Assembly: GCA_963703345.1 (NCBI GenBank) | Contig: OY969814.1 | Coordinates: 1,824,001 to 1,888,000, forward strand | From: an uncultured Chloroflexia bacterium | GTDB lineage: Bacteria; Chloroflexota; Dehalococcoidia; DSTF01; JALHUB01 | Length of the DNA: 64,000 nucleotides | Direction of reading: 5' to 3' | Part shown: positions 49,041-61,029 of the stretch, piece by piece | Numbering within the stretch: the stretch's first letter is position 1 | Layout of the letters: the number at the start of each line of letters is the position of its first letter | Notes under the pieces: generated by a model | What the model saw: the letters and a program-made list of their open reading frames with translations, nothing else | Database searches by the model: none | Told to the model about the DNA's origin: nothing | Program-made: the position numbers and the translations under genes

Positions 49041-50933
49041 TCACCTGTGGTTGAAGTAATAGTTGAGGATGCGACCCGCCAGCGGAGCGGCGTTCTTGGC
49101 GCCGTTCCCCTGATCGAGAAAGACGACGACGGCGATCTGCGGATCGTTCGCCGGCGCGAAGCCAGTGAACCAGGCGTGGCTGGCGTAAGTGCCGCCGCCC
49201 AGGTCGGGGCCGAACTCGGCCGTGCCGGTCTTGCCGGCCACCGCGACGCCCGGGACCGACGCGGTGCTCGCCGTGCCCCAGGCTACAGCCTCTCGCATGC
49301 CCTCGCGGAAGATGGCCAGGTTGTCCGCGCTCACCGACAGGTGGTGAGCGACGTTGGGAACGAAGGGGAACAGCGGCTTCCCCGCGGAGTCGACGACGGC
49401 GCGCACGATCCGCGGCACCAGGACGTCGCCGCCATTCGCGACGGCAGCGGTGACGCGCACCATCTGCAGCGGCGTCGCGGCGACAAACCCCTGGCCGATC
49501 GCCATGTTGTACGTGTCGCCGATGGTCCACTCCTCGCCGAGCTGGCTCTTCTTCCAATCGGGGTCCGGCACCGTGCCCTCAGCCTCGTCCGGCAGGTCGA
49601 TGCCGCTCGTCGCGCCGAGGCCGTATTCGCGCGTGTAGCGGGCAAGGGCAGCGGCGCCCATGCCGCGGAACAGCTCGACGCCGTTCTGATAGTAGCCGCC
49701 GGCCAGGTAGTAGAAGTAGACGTCGGAGGACTGCGCGACGCCCTGGTAGAAGTTCATCGTGCCCAGCGCGGCCCAGTCCTTGAAGACGTAGATGATGCTG
49801 GGGTCGTACTCGTTGGGGACGCTGATGGAGCCGTAGCTGGTGATGGTCGTACCGGCGTTGGCAACGCCTTCCTGAAGGGCGCCGGGGCCGGTGATCTGCT
49901 TGAACGTGCTGCCCGGCGGGTAGACGGAAGAGATGCAGTGGTTCAGAAGCGGCTTGCCGGGATCGTCGAGGAGCGACTGGTACTGCTGCTGCGATATGTT
50001 GGTGAAAATGTTGTTGTCGTAGTTGGGCAGCGACACCATCGACAGGATCTCGCCGGTATGGACGTCCATGACGATGGCGCAGGCGTTGGTGGAATCGCCT
50101 TTGCCCTGCTGGAGGAGATCGGTGACGTGGCGCTGGAGGTCGAGGTCGAGTGAGAGGACCAGGCCGGCGCCGGGCGTCGCGGCGTTCTCCTTCAGCGTCT
50201 GCATCTCCCTGCCGGCGGCGTCGACCTCAACGTCATTGCTGCCGGGCTCGCCGCGGAGCACTGATTCATATACTGATTCAACGCCCGTCTGCCCGACACG
50301 ATCGTTTATCTGGTAGCCCTTAGTCTTCAGGTCGGGGTACTGCGTTTCTGTGACCTGCCCGACGTAGCCGAGGATGTGCGAGAGGAGGTCGCCCGTGGTG
50401 TAATGCCGGATGGGCGTGACGATGACCTGGGCGCCGGGAATGCTGCTCTGGCGCTCTCTGAGAGCGAACGCTTCGTCGGAGCTGATGCCTTCCTTGATGA
50501 TGACGGGCGTGAAGGGGTCTTTGCTGTCGCGCTTCTCGTCGACCTTGGCACTGATCTCGGCGGCGGGCACCTGCAGCAGCGCCTCCAACTGCCGCGACAG
50601 GTCCGCCTCGCGGTCCTTCGGGAAGTCGGCGGGGACGATGCCGGCCGAGAATTCGGGGATGTTCTCCACCAGCGGCGTGCCGTTGCGGTCGAAGATGATG
50701 CCGCGCGCCGGCATTACCGGCGACACCCTCAGACTATTGGTCTCGGCGCGCTGCTCGTACGCCTGGCCCTCGAAGACCTGCAGGCGCATTAGCTGCAGCG
50801 TCATGACGCCGAAGACGACGAGTATGACCAGCCGGAAGTAGAAGAACTTATCGCGCAGCACCTGCTTATCGCTGCGCTCCTTCTTCTCTTTCGGCGAGCG
50901 CCACCTTCGCTCTTTGTGACCTAGTAGATCCAC
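49041..50933 (-). CDS. mrdA: Penicillin-binding protein 2
   Basis: RGIIFDRNG, PGSTFK (SxxK), SSD, KTGTA. Confidence 0.93.
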   Translation of the reverse strand: MDLLGHKERRWRSPKEKKERSDKQVLRDKFFYFRLVILVVFGVMTLQLMRLQVFEGQAYEQRAETNSLRVSPVMPARGIIFDRNGTPLVENIPEFSAGIVPADFPKDREADLSRQLEALLQVPAAEISAKVDEKRDSKDPFTPVIIKEGISSDEAFALRERQSSIPGAQVIVTPIRHYTTGDLLSHILGYVGQVTETQYPDLKTKGYQINDRVGQTGVESVYESVLRGEPGSNDVEVDAAGREMQTLKENAATPGAGLVLSLDLDLQRHVTDLLQQGKGDSTNACAIVMDVHTGEILSMVSLPNYDNNIFTNISQQQYQSLLDDPGKPLLNHCISSVYPPGSTFKQITGPGALQEGVANAGTTITSYGSISVPNEYDPSIIYVFKDWAALGTMNFYQGVAQSSDVYFYYLAGGYYQNGVELFRGMGAAALARYTREYGLGATSGIDLPDEAEGTVPDPDWKKSQLGEEWTIGDTYNMAIGQGFVAATPLQMVRVTAAVANGGDVLVPRIVRAVVDSAGKPLFPFVPNVAHHLSVSADNLAIFREGMREAVAWGTASTASVPGVAVAGKTGTAEFGPDLGGGTYASHAWFTGFAPANDPQIAVVVFLDQGNGAKNAAPLAGRILNYYFNHR

Positions 50934-50948
50934 GGCAAACCCCGGGCG

Positions 50949-51449
50949 TCAGATGTAGCCATGCGCCTTGCGCAATCCGGCGCTTCGCGACCAGACGATC
51001 CAGTACAGCGGCGGCGTGAAGAGCACGTCGATTATGCTCGTCGGTAGGACCACCCGCGTCAGAGCGGACAGCCAACCCACGGTATCTCCCTCAAGGCGCA
51101 GCGCGGCGAGAAGAATCGCCTGGTAGATGAGGCTGGACAGGAACACCACGGCCAGCGCCAGCAGCAGGTTGTTCGGCGTCAGGCGCAACGCCTGCAGCTC
51201 GGAGAGAAGAAGAACGGGCGTAGCCGCGAGGAGCGCCACGCCGACGGGCTGGCTGCCGAGGAGGCTGAGGCAGAGGCCGCCGACGGGGATGACGACCATC
51301 GCCTCCTGCCGGCCCCGGACAATTGTCCAGCAGACGAGCAGGACGAGCACGAGGTTCGGCGAAGCCCCGAATATCGGGAACGCCGGCAGCACCGACGTCT
51401 GTACAAGCGCGATCAGCAGGAGCAGCAGCGTCGCGAAGACGTATTTCAT
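50949..51449 (-). CDS. mreD: Rod shape-determining protein MreD
   Basis: Hydrophobic, PNLVL; lies between mreC and mrdA. Confidence 0.88.
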   Translation of the reverse strand: MKYVFATLLLLLIALVQTSVLPAFPIFGASPNLVLVLLVCWTIVRGRQEAMVVIPVGGLCLSLLGSQPVGVALLAATPVLLLSELQALRLTPNNLLLALAVVFLSSLIYQAILLAALRLEGDTVGWLSALTRVVLPTSIIDVLFTPPLYWIVWSRSAGLRKAHGYI

Positions 51450-52276
51450 GGCGTCTCCAGCTTCTGCGGGACGAAGCTCGTCAGAACCAGCACCGTCTCG
51501 AGGTGGGAGAGGCTCGCCAGCGGCTCCAGCGTCACCGACTTAAACAGGTCCTGCGGCCCGCCGCCGACGTTCGTCACCTTCCCTATGACCAGCCCGGCCG
51601 GATACAGTCCGCCGATGGCCGAGGTGATAACCGTGTCGCTGTTCTTGACCGCCGCGCCCTGCCCGACGAAATCGATTGAGAGCTTGCGGCTGTAGCTGCC
51701 CGTGACGACGCCCTGGGCGCGCGATTCTTCGATCATGGCGGAGATGGCGCTGTTGGGATCGGTAACGAGCGTTACCCAGGAGTAGGTGTCGAACATATGG
51801 GTAACGGTGCCGACGACACTGTGCCCTTCCGTGACGACGACCATCCCTTCCTGGAGCCCGTCGCGCTTGCCCCGGTCGATGGCGACGGCCTCTTTCAGGC
51901 TGCTCGGCTCCGTCGCCAGCACGTTGGCGGCGAGGTACTGCTCATCGGGGTAGGTCTGCTTGACCTGGAGCAGCTTCTGCAACTCCTGAAGCTGCGCCTG
52001 GCCGTTTAGCAACCTGGCGACTTGGTCCTTGAGTTGCTCGTTTTCGGCGCGCAGGCGGTCGTTCTCGCTGCGCACGTCGCCAACGTCCCGGAAGTTCGTC
52101 AGCCAGCCAGCCAGGGGATCGGCGACGTTGCGGAGGCCGTGTTGAACAGGCGCCGTGACGCTAAGAAAGGCGTTCTGGAAAGGATCGATGACGCCGGCCC
52201 GCGAGAGCAGGATGAGGACCAGGCTGAGGCCGATGACCCCCAACGTCCAGGTTCCCAGCCGAGAACTCATCGCCAT
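51446..52276 (-). CDS. mreC: Rod shape-determining protein MreC
   Basis: TM plus coiled coil, IDRG..DG, ITSAIGGLYPAGL.IG. Confidence 0.93.
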   Translation of the reverse strand: MAMSSRLGTWTLGVIGLSLVLILLSRAGVIDPFQNAFLSVTAPVQHGLRNVADPLAGWLTNFRDVGDVRSENDRLRAENEQLKDQVARLLNGQAQLQELQKLLQVKQTYPDEQYLAANVLATEPSSLKEAVAIDRGKRDGLQEGMVVVTEGHSVVGTVTHMFDTYSWVTLVTDPNSAISAMIEESRAQGVVTGSYSRKLSIDFVGQGAAVKNSDTVITSAIGGLYPAGLVIGKVTNVGGGPQDLFKSVTLEPLASLSHLETVLVLTSFVPQKLETP

Positions 52277-52366
52277 ACCCTCTTCCCGTCGGCGAGATCG
52301 CTCCGAAGAAGCTGCCGCCTGGGAATCACTGCCACCCGCACGATTGACGCCGGCCGCGCCGAGGGT

Positions 52367-53428
52367 CTAGCGCGGAGGCTTGCGCGCCGCCAAATTCGAC
52401 TGCACCTTCGCGAGGAGGGCCGCCTCCTCCAGCACTTCGCCGGCGCCGCGGACCACGCAGGTCAGCGGCCCTTCGGCGACGTAGACGGGGAACTTCGTCT
52501 CCTGCGCCAGCCTGCGGTCGAGGCCGGCGAGGAGGGCGCCACCGCCGGCAAGGGCGATCCCCCGGTACATGAGGTCCGCCACCAACTCCGGCGGCGTGAT
52601 TTCGATTGTGGAGCGCACAGCATCGACGATGGCGTTGATGGAGCCGGAGAGAGCGTCGCGCAGCTCGACGGTGCTGACTTCGACCGACTTCGGCAGGCCG
52701 GTCGCCAGGTCGCGGCCGCGCAGGACGACCGTCCCTTCCTCGTCCATTGGGAAGGCGGATCCCGCCTCGATCTTTATCTCCTCGGCCGTGCGCTCCCCGA
52801 TGAGCAGGTTGTGAACCTGGCGGGCGTAGGCCATTATCTCCTGGTCCATCTCGTCGCCGGCGGTGCGTACGGAGGTGGCGACGACGATACCGCCGAGGGC
52901 GATGACGGCCACTTCGGTCGTGCCGCCGCCGATATCGACGATCATACAGCCGCTGGGCTCCATGATCGGCAGGCCGGCGCCGATCGCCGCGGCCATCGGC
53001 TCTTCGATGAGGTAGGCGGCGCGGGCACCCGCGTTCAGGGAGGCGTCGTGAACGGCGCGCTTCTCGACCTCGGTCACACCGCTTGGAACGCCGACGACGA
53101 CGCGCGGTCGCGGGATGCCGAAGCCGAACTTATCGTGGACGGAGCGAATGAAGTACTGGAGCATGCGCTCGGTGACCTGGAAGTCGGAGATGACCCCGTC
53201 GCGCATCGGGCGGACGGCGACGATGTTGGATGGCGTGCGCCCGACCATGCGCTTGGCCTCGGCGCCGATGGCCAGGATCTTCTTGCTGACGCGGTCGATG
53301 GCGACGACGGAGGGCTCGTCGATGACGATGCCACGGCCCTTGACCATGACCAGCGTGTTGGCCGTGCCCAGGTCAATGCCGATGTCGTGCGAGAACGCGC
53401 CCAGCAAGGCGGAGAGGGGATTCCACAC
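52367..53428 (-). CDS. mreB: Actin-like protein MreB
   Basis: IGIDLGTANT, EPSVVA, DIGGGTTE, LAGGGA. Confidence 0.97.
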   Translation of the reverse strand: MWNPLSALLGAFSHDIGIDLGTANTLVMVKGRGIVIDEPSVVAIDRVSKKILAIGAEAKRMVGRTPSNIVAVRPMRDGVISDFQVTERMLQYFIRSVHDKFGFGIPRPRVVVGVPSGVTEVEKRAVHDASLNAGARAAYLIEEPMAAAIGAGLPIMEPSGCMIVDIGGGTTEVAVIALGGIVVATSVRTAGDEMDQEIMAYARQVHNLLIGERTAEEIKIEAGSAFPMDEEGTVVLRGRDLATGLPKSVEVSTVELRDALSGSINAIVDAVRSTIEITPPELVADLMYRGIALAGGGALLAGLDRRLAQETKFPVYVAEGPLTCVVRGAGEVLEEAALLAKVQSNLAARKPPR

Positions 53429-53598
53429 GGAAAGCCGCTCCTTGGCTAGATGACGATCCGAATCGTGGCGAATTATAGCGCATCGAGCGGGCGGGGGAAA
53501 GGGGCGTCAAGGGATACTATTTCTAGCGCTTCGATATGTTCCTGGAGGCAAATCGAAGCGCTAACGTGGGATGTCGCAGGGGCCACGGCTGTGTGCCC

Positions 53599-55743
<2,145 letters not shown>

Positions 55744-55880
55744 TCACGGATTCTTCCTATTCTGCGAACAGCAGCTCGGTCGGGAGGCCGCGTTCGCATA
55801 TGACGGTTTGGCCAGCAGATGACTACAAACGTGGCGCTCTCATTCCCTTCCCTTTGCCTCAGATTCCCCTTCCGACATTG

Positions 55881-58340
55881 ATGCGACAGAGCTCTTCCAG
55901 CAAGCGAATCGAGCGCCTGCTGGACGTGGAGTTTCGCCTTGGCCAGGAAGCGGCCGGCACGGTGCTGGAGGAGGGGTTGGGGCGACCGGTCTACGTGCTG
56001 GACCTTTACCACCACGAAGCGCCCCTGAGAAAACCGTCGAAAAAGCGGGACAGCGCCGCCCAGCGACTGCTGCCGTTCGTGGGCGCGCTGTCGGAGAGTT
56101 TGCAGACGAACGACCGGCTCCGCGTCGTGCTCTATCTCGACGGCGAGACGTTCGAGGAGCTGGCGGGAAACGAGTCGCAGACGGTGGGGCGACTGCGGGA
56201 GTCGCTGGCAAGCGGCCGCCTGGAGATTGTCGCCGGCGCCTACACGAAGGGCACGGGCGAAGCGTTCAGCGGCGAGTCGTTCATTCGGCAGCTTTTCTAC
56301 GGGCTTCTCGCCGCCAGGCATGCCGTCGAGGCGCAGGCCGAGTCCTATCTCACGGCCGAGGCGCTCCTGTTCCCGCAACTGCCGCAACTCGTGCGCAGCT
56401 TCGGCTTGCGACGCGTCGTCGTGCTGCTGGACGGCATCTCGGCAAGGCCGCCGGAGGATCGCCGCACGCCGATTCTCCTGCGCGGACCGGACGGCACCCA
56501 CGTCGCGACAGCGCTCGCGCCCCGAGTCGACGCCGCACTGGCCACAAAGCGGGAGAAGAAACGCGAACACCCGGACCCCTTCCTCTGGAGCAACGAGCGC
56601 TTGGAGCGCTTCCGGCAGGAAACGCCGCTTACGTCCCATCCCCTTCTCTGCCGCGTCCAGGGCATCGACTCCTGGCGGGGGCGGTTCTCCGGCTGGTCGA
56701 CGGTTGCGGCCAGGAGCGACATTCACCTGGTCACGCCGCGCCAGTACTTCGAGGTCGCGGAGTCGCCCGCCGTTGCCGAAAGCACGTCGCCCGTCGTACG
56801 CCCGGGCCGCTGGGAGCTGGGCGGCCGGCGCCAGCGGGAGCTGGTCAACGCCGAGATGTCGCTGCTCCTGGCGGAGCGGCTGGACGCCCTGGCCTACGCC
56901 ATGGGCCGCGGAAGCGACGAGCGGGAGCTGGAACACGCCTGGAAGGGCCTCCTCCGAGCGCAGAGCCGTGGCTTCCCCGGGCCGGCGGAGGCATCCAAGG
57001 CCGGGCGGGCGATAGCGCAGTCCGCCGCGCGCTACCTGGCATCCCACGTCAACAGCGACGGCGTCGAAGGACGCAGCCTGGTCGTCTTCAACCCATCGTC
57101 CTGGCCACGCGAAGAGTACCTGGAGGCGAGGCTGGGCGGTGAGGGATATCGCATCTTCCAGGGCGAAGAGGAGGTGCCGTCGCAAGTCGTGGAGCGTCGC
57201 CGCGGCTACGTCACGCTGGGATTCGTGGTGCAAGTGCCGGCACTTGGGTACCGGCTGTTGGAGGTGCGGCCAGCTCTGGCGCAGCAAGCGCCGGCGCAGA
57301 AGAGGGCGCTCGATTCGCGCTTCTTCACCAACGCCTTCTACGTGGCCGAGATCGGCGAGGGCGGCGCCCTGAGCATCGAGGCCGGCGGCGAAAGACTGAG
57401 CGCGGCGGCGGGCCACTTGACGGTCTGGAAGAACAAGCGGCTTCACGACTCCCGCGGATCGGTGAAGGCTATCATCCCGCACCGGCAGGGGCCCGTATTC
57501 GACCGCTATCTCGTGGAAGGGCGCATCGCCGGGATGCCGTTCCGTCAGCGATTGACATTCTACCACGCCCTGCCGCGCATCGACCTGCGAACGGAGGTTG
57601 GATTCGGGCGCGGCGCTGTGTTCGGCCCGGAGCTTCGCGACTGGCGGCTGGAGGCGGGCGAGGAAGCGAAGATGCTGTCGCTGAACCTGCACTCGCCGTT
57701 GACGCGGTTCTTCGCCGACTCGCCGTTCCTGCTAGCGGACGTCGGCGGTGAGAGAGCGCACGCGCTGAGCGTCGCCGGCCTGGACGACGAGCGTGAGCGG
57801 GGCGTCGCGCTGCTCAACCGCGGCAGCAGGAGCCACCACTTCGATACCACAGAGGGCATCCTCAGGAACGCGCTGGCCTGGGCGCCGAAGAGCACGAGCT
57901 TCGACGGGACGGTAAAAGGCACCGGCGTCTGGGAGTGCGCCCTGCTGCCGTTCGGCTCGCGGCTGGAGGCGACGCGTGCGGCGCTTGACTACCAGCTCCC
58001 TTGCCTGGGCGCCTTCGTGACGCCGCATGCCGGCGGCCTGCCTCCGGAAGGCAGTTTCCTCAGCGTCGCGCCGCCGGAAGCTCTCCTCTCAGCGATGTTC
58101 GTCCGGGACGGCAGCGTCTACGTCCGCCTCTGGAACGCGTCGCCGGCAACGGCAGAGGCGCGGGTGGAGAGCGGCGCCTCACTCTCGCTCCAGCGCTGCA
58201 CCCTCGACCTCGTTCGACCAATCGTCCGCCGGCGGCCTGCCGATGCGGCCCTGGGGCGTGCAGACGCTGCGGCTGAAGGGAAGCGCCGAAGGTTAGCTCT
58301 CCTCGCCGCCGTCAAGGTATGCGACTTCAGGAGTAGATGA
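55881..58340 (+). CDS. Divergent GH38 alpha-mannosidase-like protein, probable frameshift near the C-terminus
   Basis: GRLEIV.G, SGES.IRQ..YG, PQLPQ, VVFNPS.W.R, VPALGY, RIDLRT; a GH38-like tail MRPWGVQTLRL lies in another frame ending at 58296. Confidence 0.7.
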   Translation: MRQSSSSKRIERLLDVEFRLGQEAAGTVLEEGLGRPVYVLDLYHHEAPLRKPSKKRDSAAQRLLPFVGALSESLQTNDRLRVVLYLDGETFEELAGNESQTVGRLRESLASGRLEIVAGAYTKGTGEAFSGESFIRQLFYGLLAARHAVEAQAESYLTAEALLFPQLPQLVRSFGLRRVVVLLDGISARPPEDRRTPILLRGPDGTHVATALAPRVDAALATKREKKREHPDPFLWSNERLERFRQETPLTSHPLLCRVQGIDSWRGRFSGWSTVAARSDIHLVTPRQYFEVAESPAVAESTSPVVRPGRWELGGRRQRELVNAEMSLLLAERLDALAYAMGRGSDERELEHAWKGLLRAQSRGFPGPAEASKAGRAIAQSAARYLASHVNSDGVEGRSLVVFNPSSWPREEYLEARLGGEGYRIFQGEEEVPSQVVERRRGYVTLGFVVQVPALGYRLLEVRPALAQQAPAQKRALDSRFFTNAFYVAEIGEGGALSIEAGGERLSAAAGHLTVWKNKRLHDSRGSVKAIIPHRQGPVFDRYLVEGRIAGMPFRQRLTFYHALPRIDLRTEVGFGRGAVFGPELRDWRLEAGEEAKMLSLNLHSPLTRFFADSPFLLADVGGERAHALSVAGLDDERERGVALLNRGSRSHHFDTTEGILRNALAWAPKSTSFDGTVKGTGVWECALLPFGSRLEATRAALDYQLPCLGAFVTPHAGGLPPEGSFLSVAPPEALLSAMFVRDGSVYVRLWNASPATAEARVESGASLSLQRCTLDLVRPIVRRRPADAALGRADAAAEGKRRRLALLAAVKVCDFRSR

Positions 58341-58504
58341 CCTTCCCCCAACTTATCGGCCTCACTTCACCCGCGTTTAGTCGCTGTCCTCATATGCGCC
58401 CCTTCCGTTGCTCAAGCATAATCGACTCCAGCGCAGGAGATTGGGTGGCTCGCCTGGCGCAGCAAACGTCCCGCCCCATCGTTCTTCAGGAGGGTGGCCG
58501 TCAA

Positions 58505-59194
58505 ATGAACAAGACGCGCGTTCTCATCGCCGACCCCGCGGACCTGGCGCGACAGGGACTCTCCGGGCTCCTATCGGCCCAGGAAGACATCGCGGTAGTG
58601 GCCTCCTGCCAGACGATGGGCGAAACGGTATCCGAGGCCATTGCACAGTCGCCGGACGTGGTCCTTCTGGGCTACGGCTTTTCCGAGCCTCAGCGGCTGG
58701 AGACGGTACGTCAGATAGAGAAGAATCGGCCGTGGATCCCCCTGCTTGTCCTGACCGACCGCCCCGAACTGGAAGCGTTCCTGTCGTGTGTTAGAGCTGG
58801 AGTTCGCGGCTACCTGGGAGGAAATGTGGACGCGTCAGGGCTAATCGATGCCGTCCGGAAGCTGAGTTCCGGCGGCTGTGCGATGGACTCGTGTATAATG
58901 CCGGAGCTGTTCGCATTCCTGACCCAGCCGGTGGGGCAGTTCGCCAGGCGGCCTGTCCGGGTGGGCGACAAAAACTCGCCGCTGATGAAGCTGACGCCCC
59001 GAGAACGCGACGTGTTGCGTCTGATGGCGCAGGGCAGGGGCAACAAAGAGATCGGGGCGCTGCTGGGGATAAGCGTAGGGACGGCCAAGACTCACCTGAG
59101 GCACATCTTCCGCAAGCTGCAGGTATCGGACCGCACGGGCGCTGTGCTCACGGCGCTCGAGATCGACGCCTCGCGGATTCTGCCGGCGGCTTGA
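58505..59194 (+). CDS. Atypical NarL/LuxR regulator with pseudo-receiver, paralogue 1
   Basis: IADP, DVVLLGY (Asp to Gly), GYLGG (no Lys); intact HTH NKEIG...TAKTHL..IFRKL. Confidence 0.88.
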   Translation: MNKTRVLIADPADLARQGLSGLLSAQEDIAVVASCQTMGETVSEAIAQSPDVVLLGYGFSEPQRLETVRQIEKNRPWIPLLVLTDRPELEAFLSCVRAGVRGYLGGNVDASGLIDAVRKLSSGGCAMDSCIMPELFAFLTQPVGQFARRPVRVGDKNSPLMKLTPRERDVLRLMAQGRGNKEIGALLGISVGTAKTHLRHIFRKLQVSDRTGAVLTALEIDASRILPAA

Positions 59195-59386
59195 CGCCTC
59201 GAGGCGCCTCTCTCGCGGCACCAATACTCGCCTCCAGTTACGTCTCTTCCCTATAACGATACGGCCGCCGCTGAACGATAATCCTCTATGACGCAGCGGA
59301 ACCCGCACGCCGAACGCCCCGTGTCGTTCGAAGGCAGAGGCCAGCACGGCCGTGGTTTCAAGGACGAGGCGTCATCGGCGCAAACT

Positions 59387-60079
59387 ATGAACGGCAGCAG
59401 GCAGATTCGCGTTCTCGTCGCCGATCCTACGGACCTCGCGCGACAGGGCCTGCGCGGGCTGCTGGCCGTTCGCGAGGACCTGGACGTCGTCGCCTCCTGT
59501 CGCACGATCGATGATGCCGTATCGGAGTGCGTCAAGCAGTCGCCGGACGTGGCGCTGATCGGCTACGGCTTCTCTGAGCTGCAGCGGCTGGAGGCGGTGC
59601 GCCAGATGGCCAAGAGCCGGGCGTCGATCCCCGTGCTCGTCGTCACCGATCATCCCAATCTGGACGTATTCCTTTCTTGCGTGAAGGCCGGGGCGCGTGG
59701 CTACCTGGGGAGCGATGTGCACGCTCGAGGACTGATCGAGGCCGTGCTGATGCTGGCCTTCGGCGGCTGCGCAGTCGAGCCGGTGATCCTGAGGGACCTC
59801 TTCGCGTATTTGGCGGGGGTTGCGGCCGCGGTGGGTCGCGGGGCCTCGTCGGGTAGAGACTCAGCGCTGGGAAAGCTTTCGCCGCGGGAGCGCGAAGTGC
59901 TGCGGCTGATGGCGCAGGGAAAGGGCAACAAGGAGATAGCGTCGCTGCTGGGAATAAGCGCCGGCACGACGAAGACTCATCTGCGGCACATCTTCAAGAA
60001 GCTGCGGGTGTCGGACAGGACGGGCGCCGTACTGGCGGCCCTCGAGATCGACCCGGCGAAGCTTCTGCCGGCCGCCTGA
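59387..60079 (+). CDS. Atypical NarL/LuxR regulator with pseudo-receiver, paralogue 2
   Basis: VADP, DVALIGY, GYLGS; intact HTH; alternative start at 59288. Confidence 0.88.
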   Translation: MNGSRQIRVLVADPTDLARQGLRGLLAVREDLDVVASCRTIDDAVSECVKQSPDVALIGYGFSELQRLEAVRQMAKSRASIPVLVVTDHPNLDVFLSCVKAGARGYLGSDVHARGLIEAVLMLAFGGCAVEPVILRDLFAYLAGVAAAVGRGASSGRDSALGKLSPREREVLRLMAQGKGNKEIASLLGISAGTTKTHLRHIFKKLRVSDRTGAVLAALEIDPAKLLPAA

Positions 60080-60196
60080 GTCGTGTCGCCGGAGCATCTA
60101 TCGCATGGTGGATTCTGATTCCGGCAAATCGTCCGAAGAATACTGTGGGGATAGTCCGCGCGGAATCTTGCGGCGAGGGGCTGCCGCTTTCCGTCA

Positions 60197-60991
60197 TTGA
60201 AGGGGGTCAGTATTACGGAACGGGTAAAGCGGGCCACGAACTCGGTCTACAAGAGCTACTTCCATGCCCTTTACCTGAGCCGGCTGGCTTTCTTCGCGTT
60301 CTGGATTTGCTTCAGCTACTTGGTAATGTGGTCGATTCCCTGGTTCGGCATCGGCCTTTCCAGAGACGACTACACGCCCCAGTACGTTGTTACGATGTCT
60401 TTTGCCGCCTGCTGCATCGCGCTCGGGCTGCTTTACATGACGCTGCGCACCCTGGCGCGCCACAAGCGGGAAGCGCTGGTCGCCTGGAACTCGCTGTACG
60501 ATGAGACCACCGGCACGCACACTCGGAGCCACCTGTACGATCGCCTGTCGCTGGAGTGCGAGCGGTCGGAGCGTCACGGGTCGTCCTTCGCGCTGGTCAT
60601 CTTGAAGCTCAGGCTGCCGGAACCGCATCATGGCCATCACGCCGCCGCAACGACCACGAAGTTCCTGCGACGCGCCGCCGACCTGGTGCAAAGCTTGACC
60701 CGACCAAGCGATCTCGTTGCGCTGGTGAGCAGTAACGAGTTTGCCGTCCTCGCGTGCAGCGTGGACTCCCAGGGCGTCGATGTCCTGGTGCGGAGACTGC
60801 GCGCTTCGCTCGCCGTCGGCTTGCCGGGGCTCGCCAGGGACCGCGGAGACGACGCCGAGCCTGTAGTCGAGCTGGGCGTGGCGACGTACGGCGAAGACGG
60901 CGTCACCCCGGAAGCGCTCGTCGATGCGGCTCGGGCTGCGGCTGCGCAGGACCGCAGATCTCCCCCTGTCTCCGGCAGTCGCGTCGCCTGA
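60197..60991 (+). CDS. Membrane protein with a degenerate GGDEF domain
   Basis: Two TMs, DETTG, RPSD-x5-SSNEF, LGVATY. Confidence 0.82.
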   Translation: MKGVSITERVKRATNSVYKSYFHALYLSRLAFFAFWICFSYLVMWSIPWFGIGLSRDDYTPQYVVTMSFAACCIALGLLYMTLRTLARHKREALVAWNSLYDETTGTHTRSHLYDRLSLECERSERHGSSFALVILKLRLPEPHHGHHAAATTTKFLRRAADLVQSLTRPSDLVALVSSNEFAVLACSVDSQGVDVLVRRLRASLAVGLPGLARDRGDDAEPVVELGVATYGEDGVTPEALVDAARAAAAQDRRSPPVSGSRVA

Positions 60992-61029
60992 ACCCGGGCG
61001 TCGAGGCTTTCCTTCCCCGCTGAATTGGC

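Noticed and set aside
49036-49557. N-terminal extension of RodA
   Set aside because: It overlaps mrdA out of frame; SEDS homology begins at ATG 49035.
58310-59390. Sigma28-like TCAAG promoters upstream of the pseudo-receiver regulators
   Set aside because: The -10 matches are too poor to support by eye.
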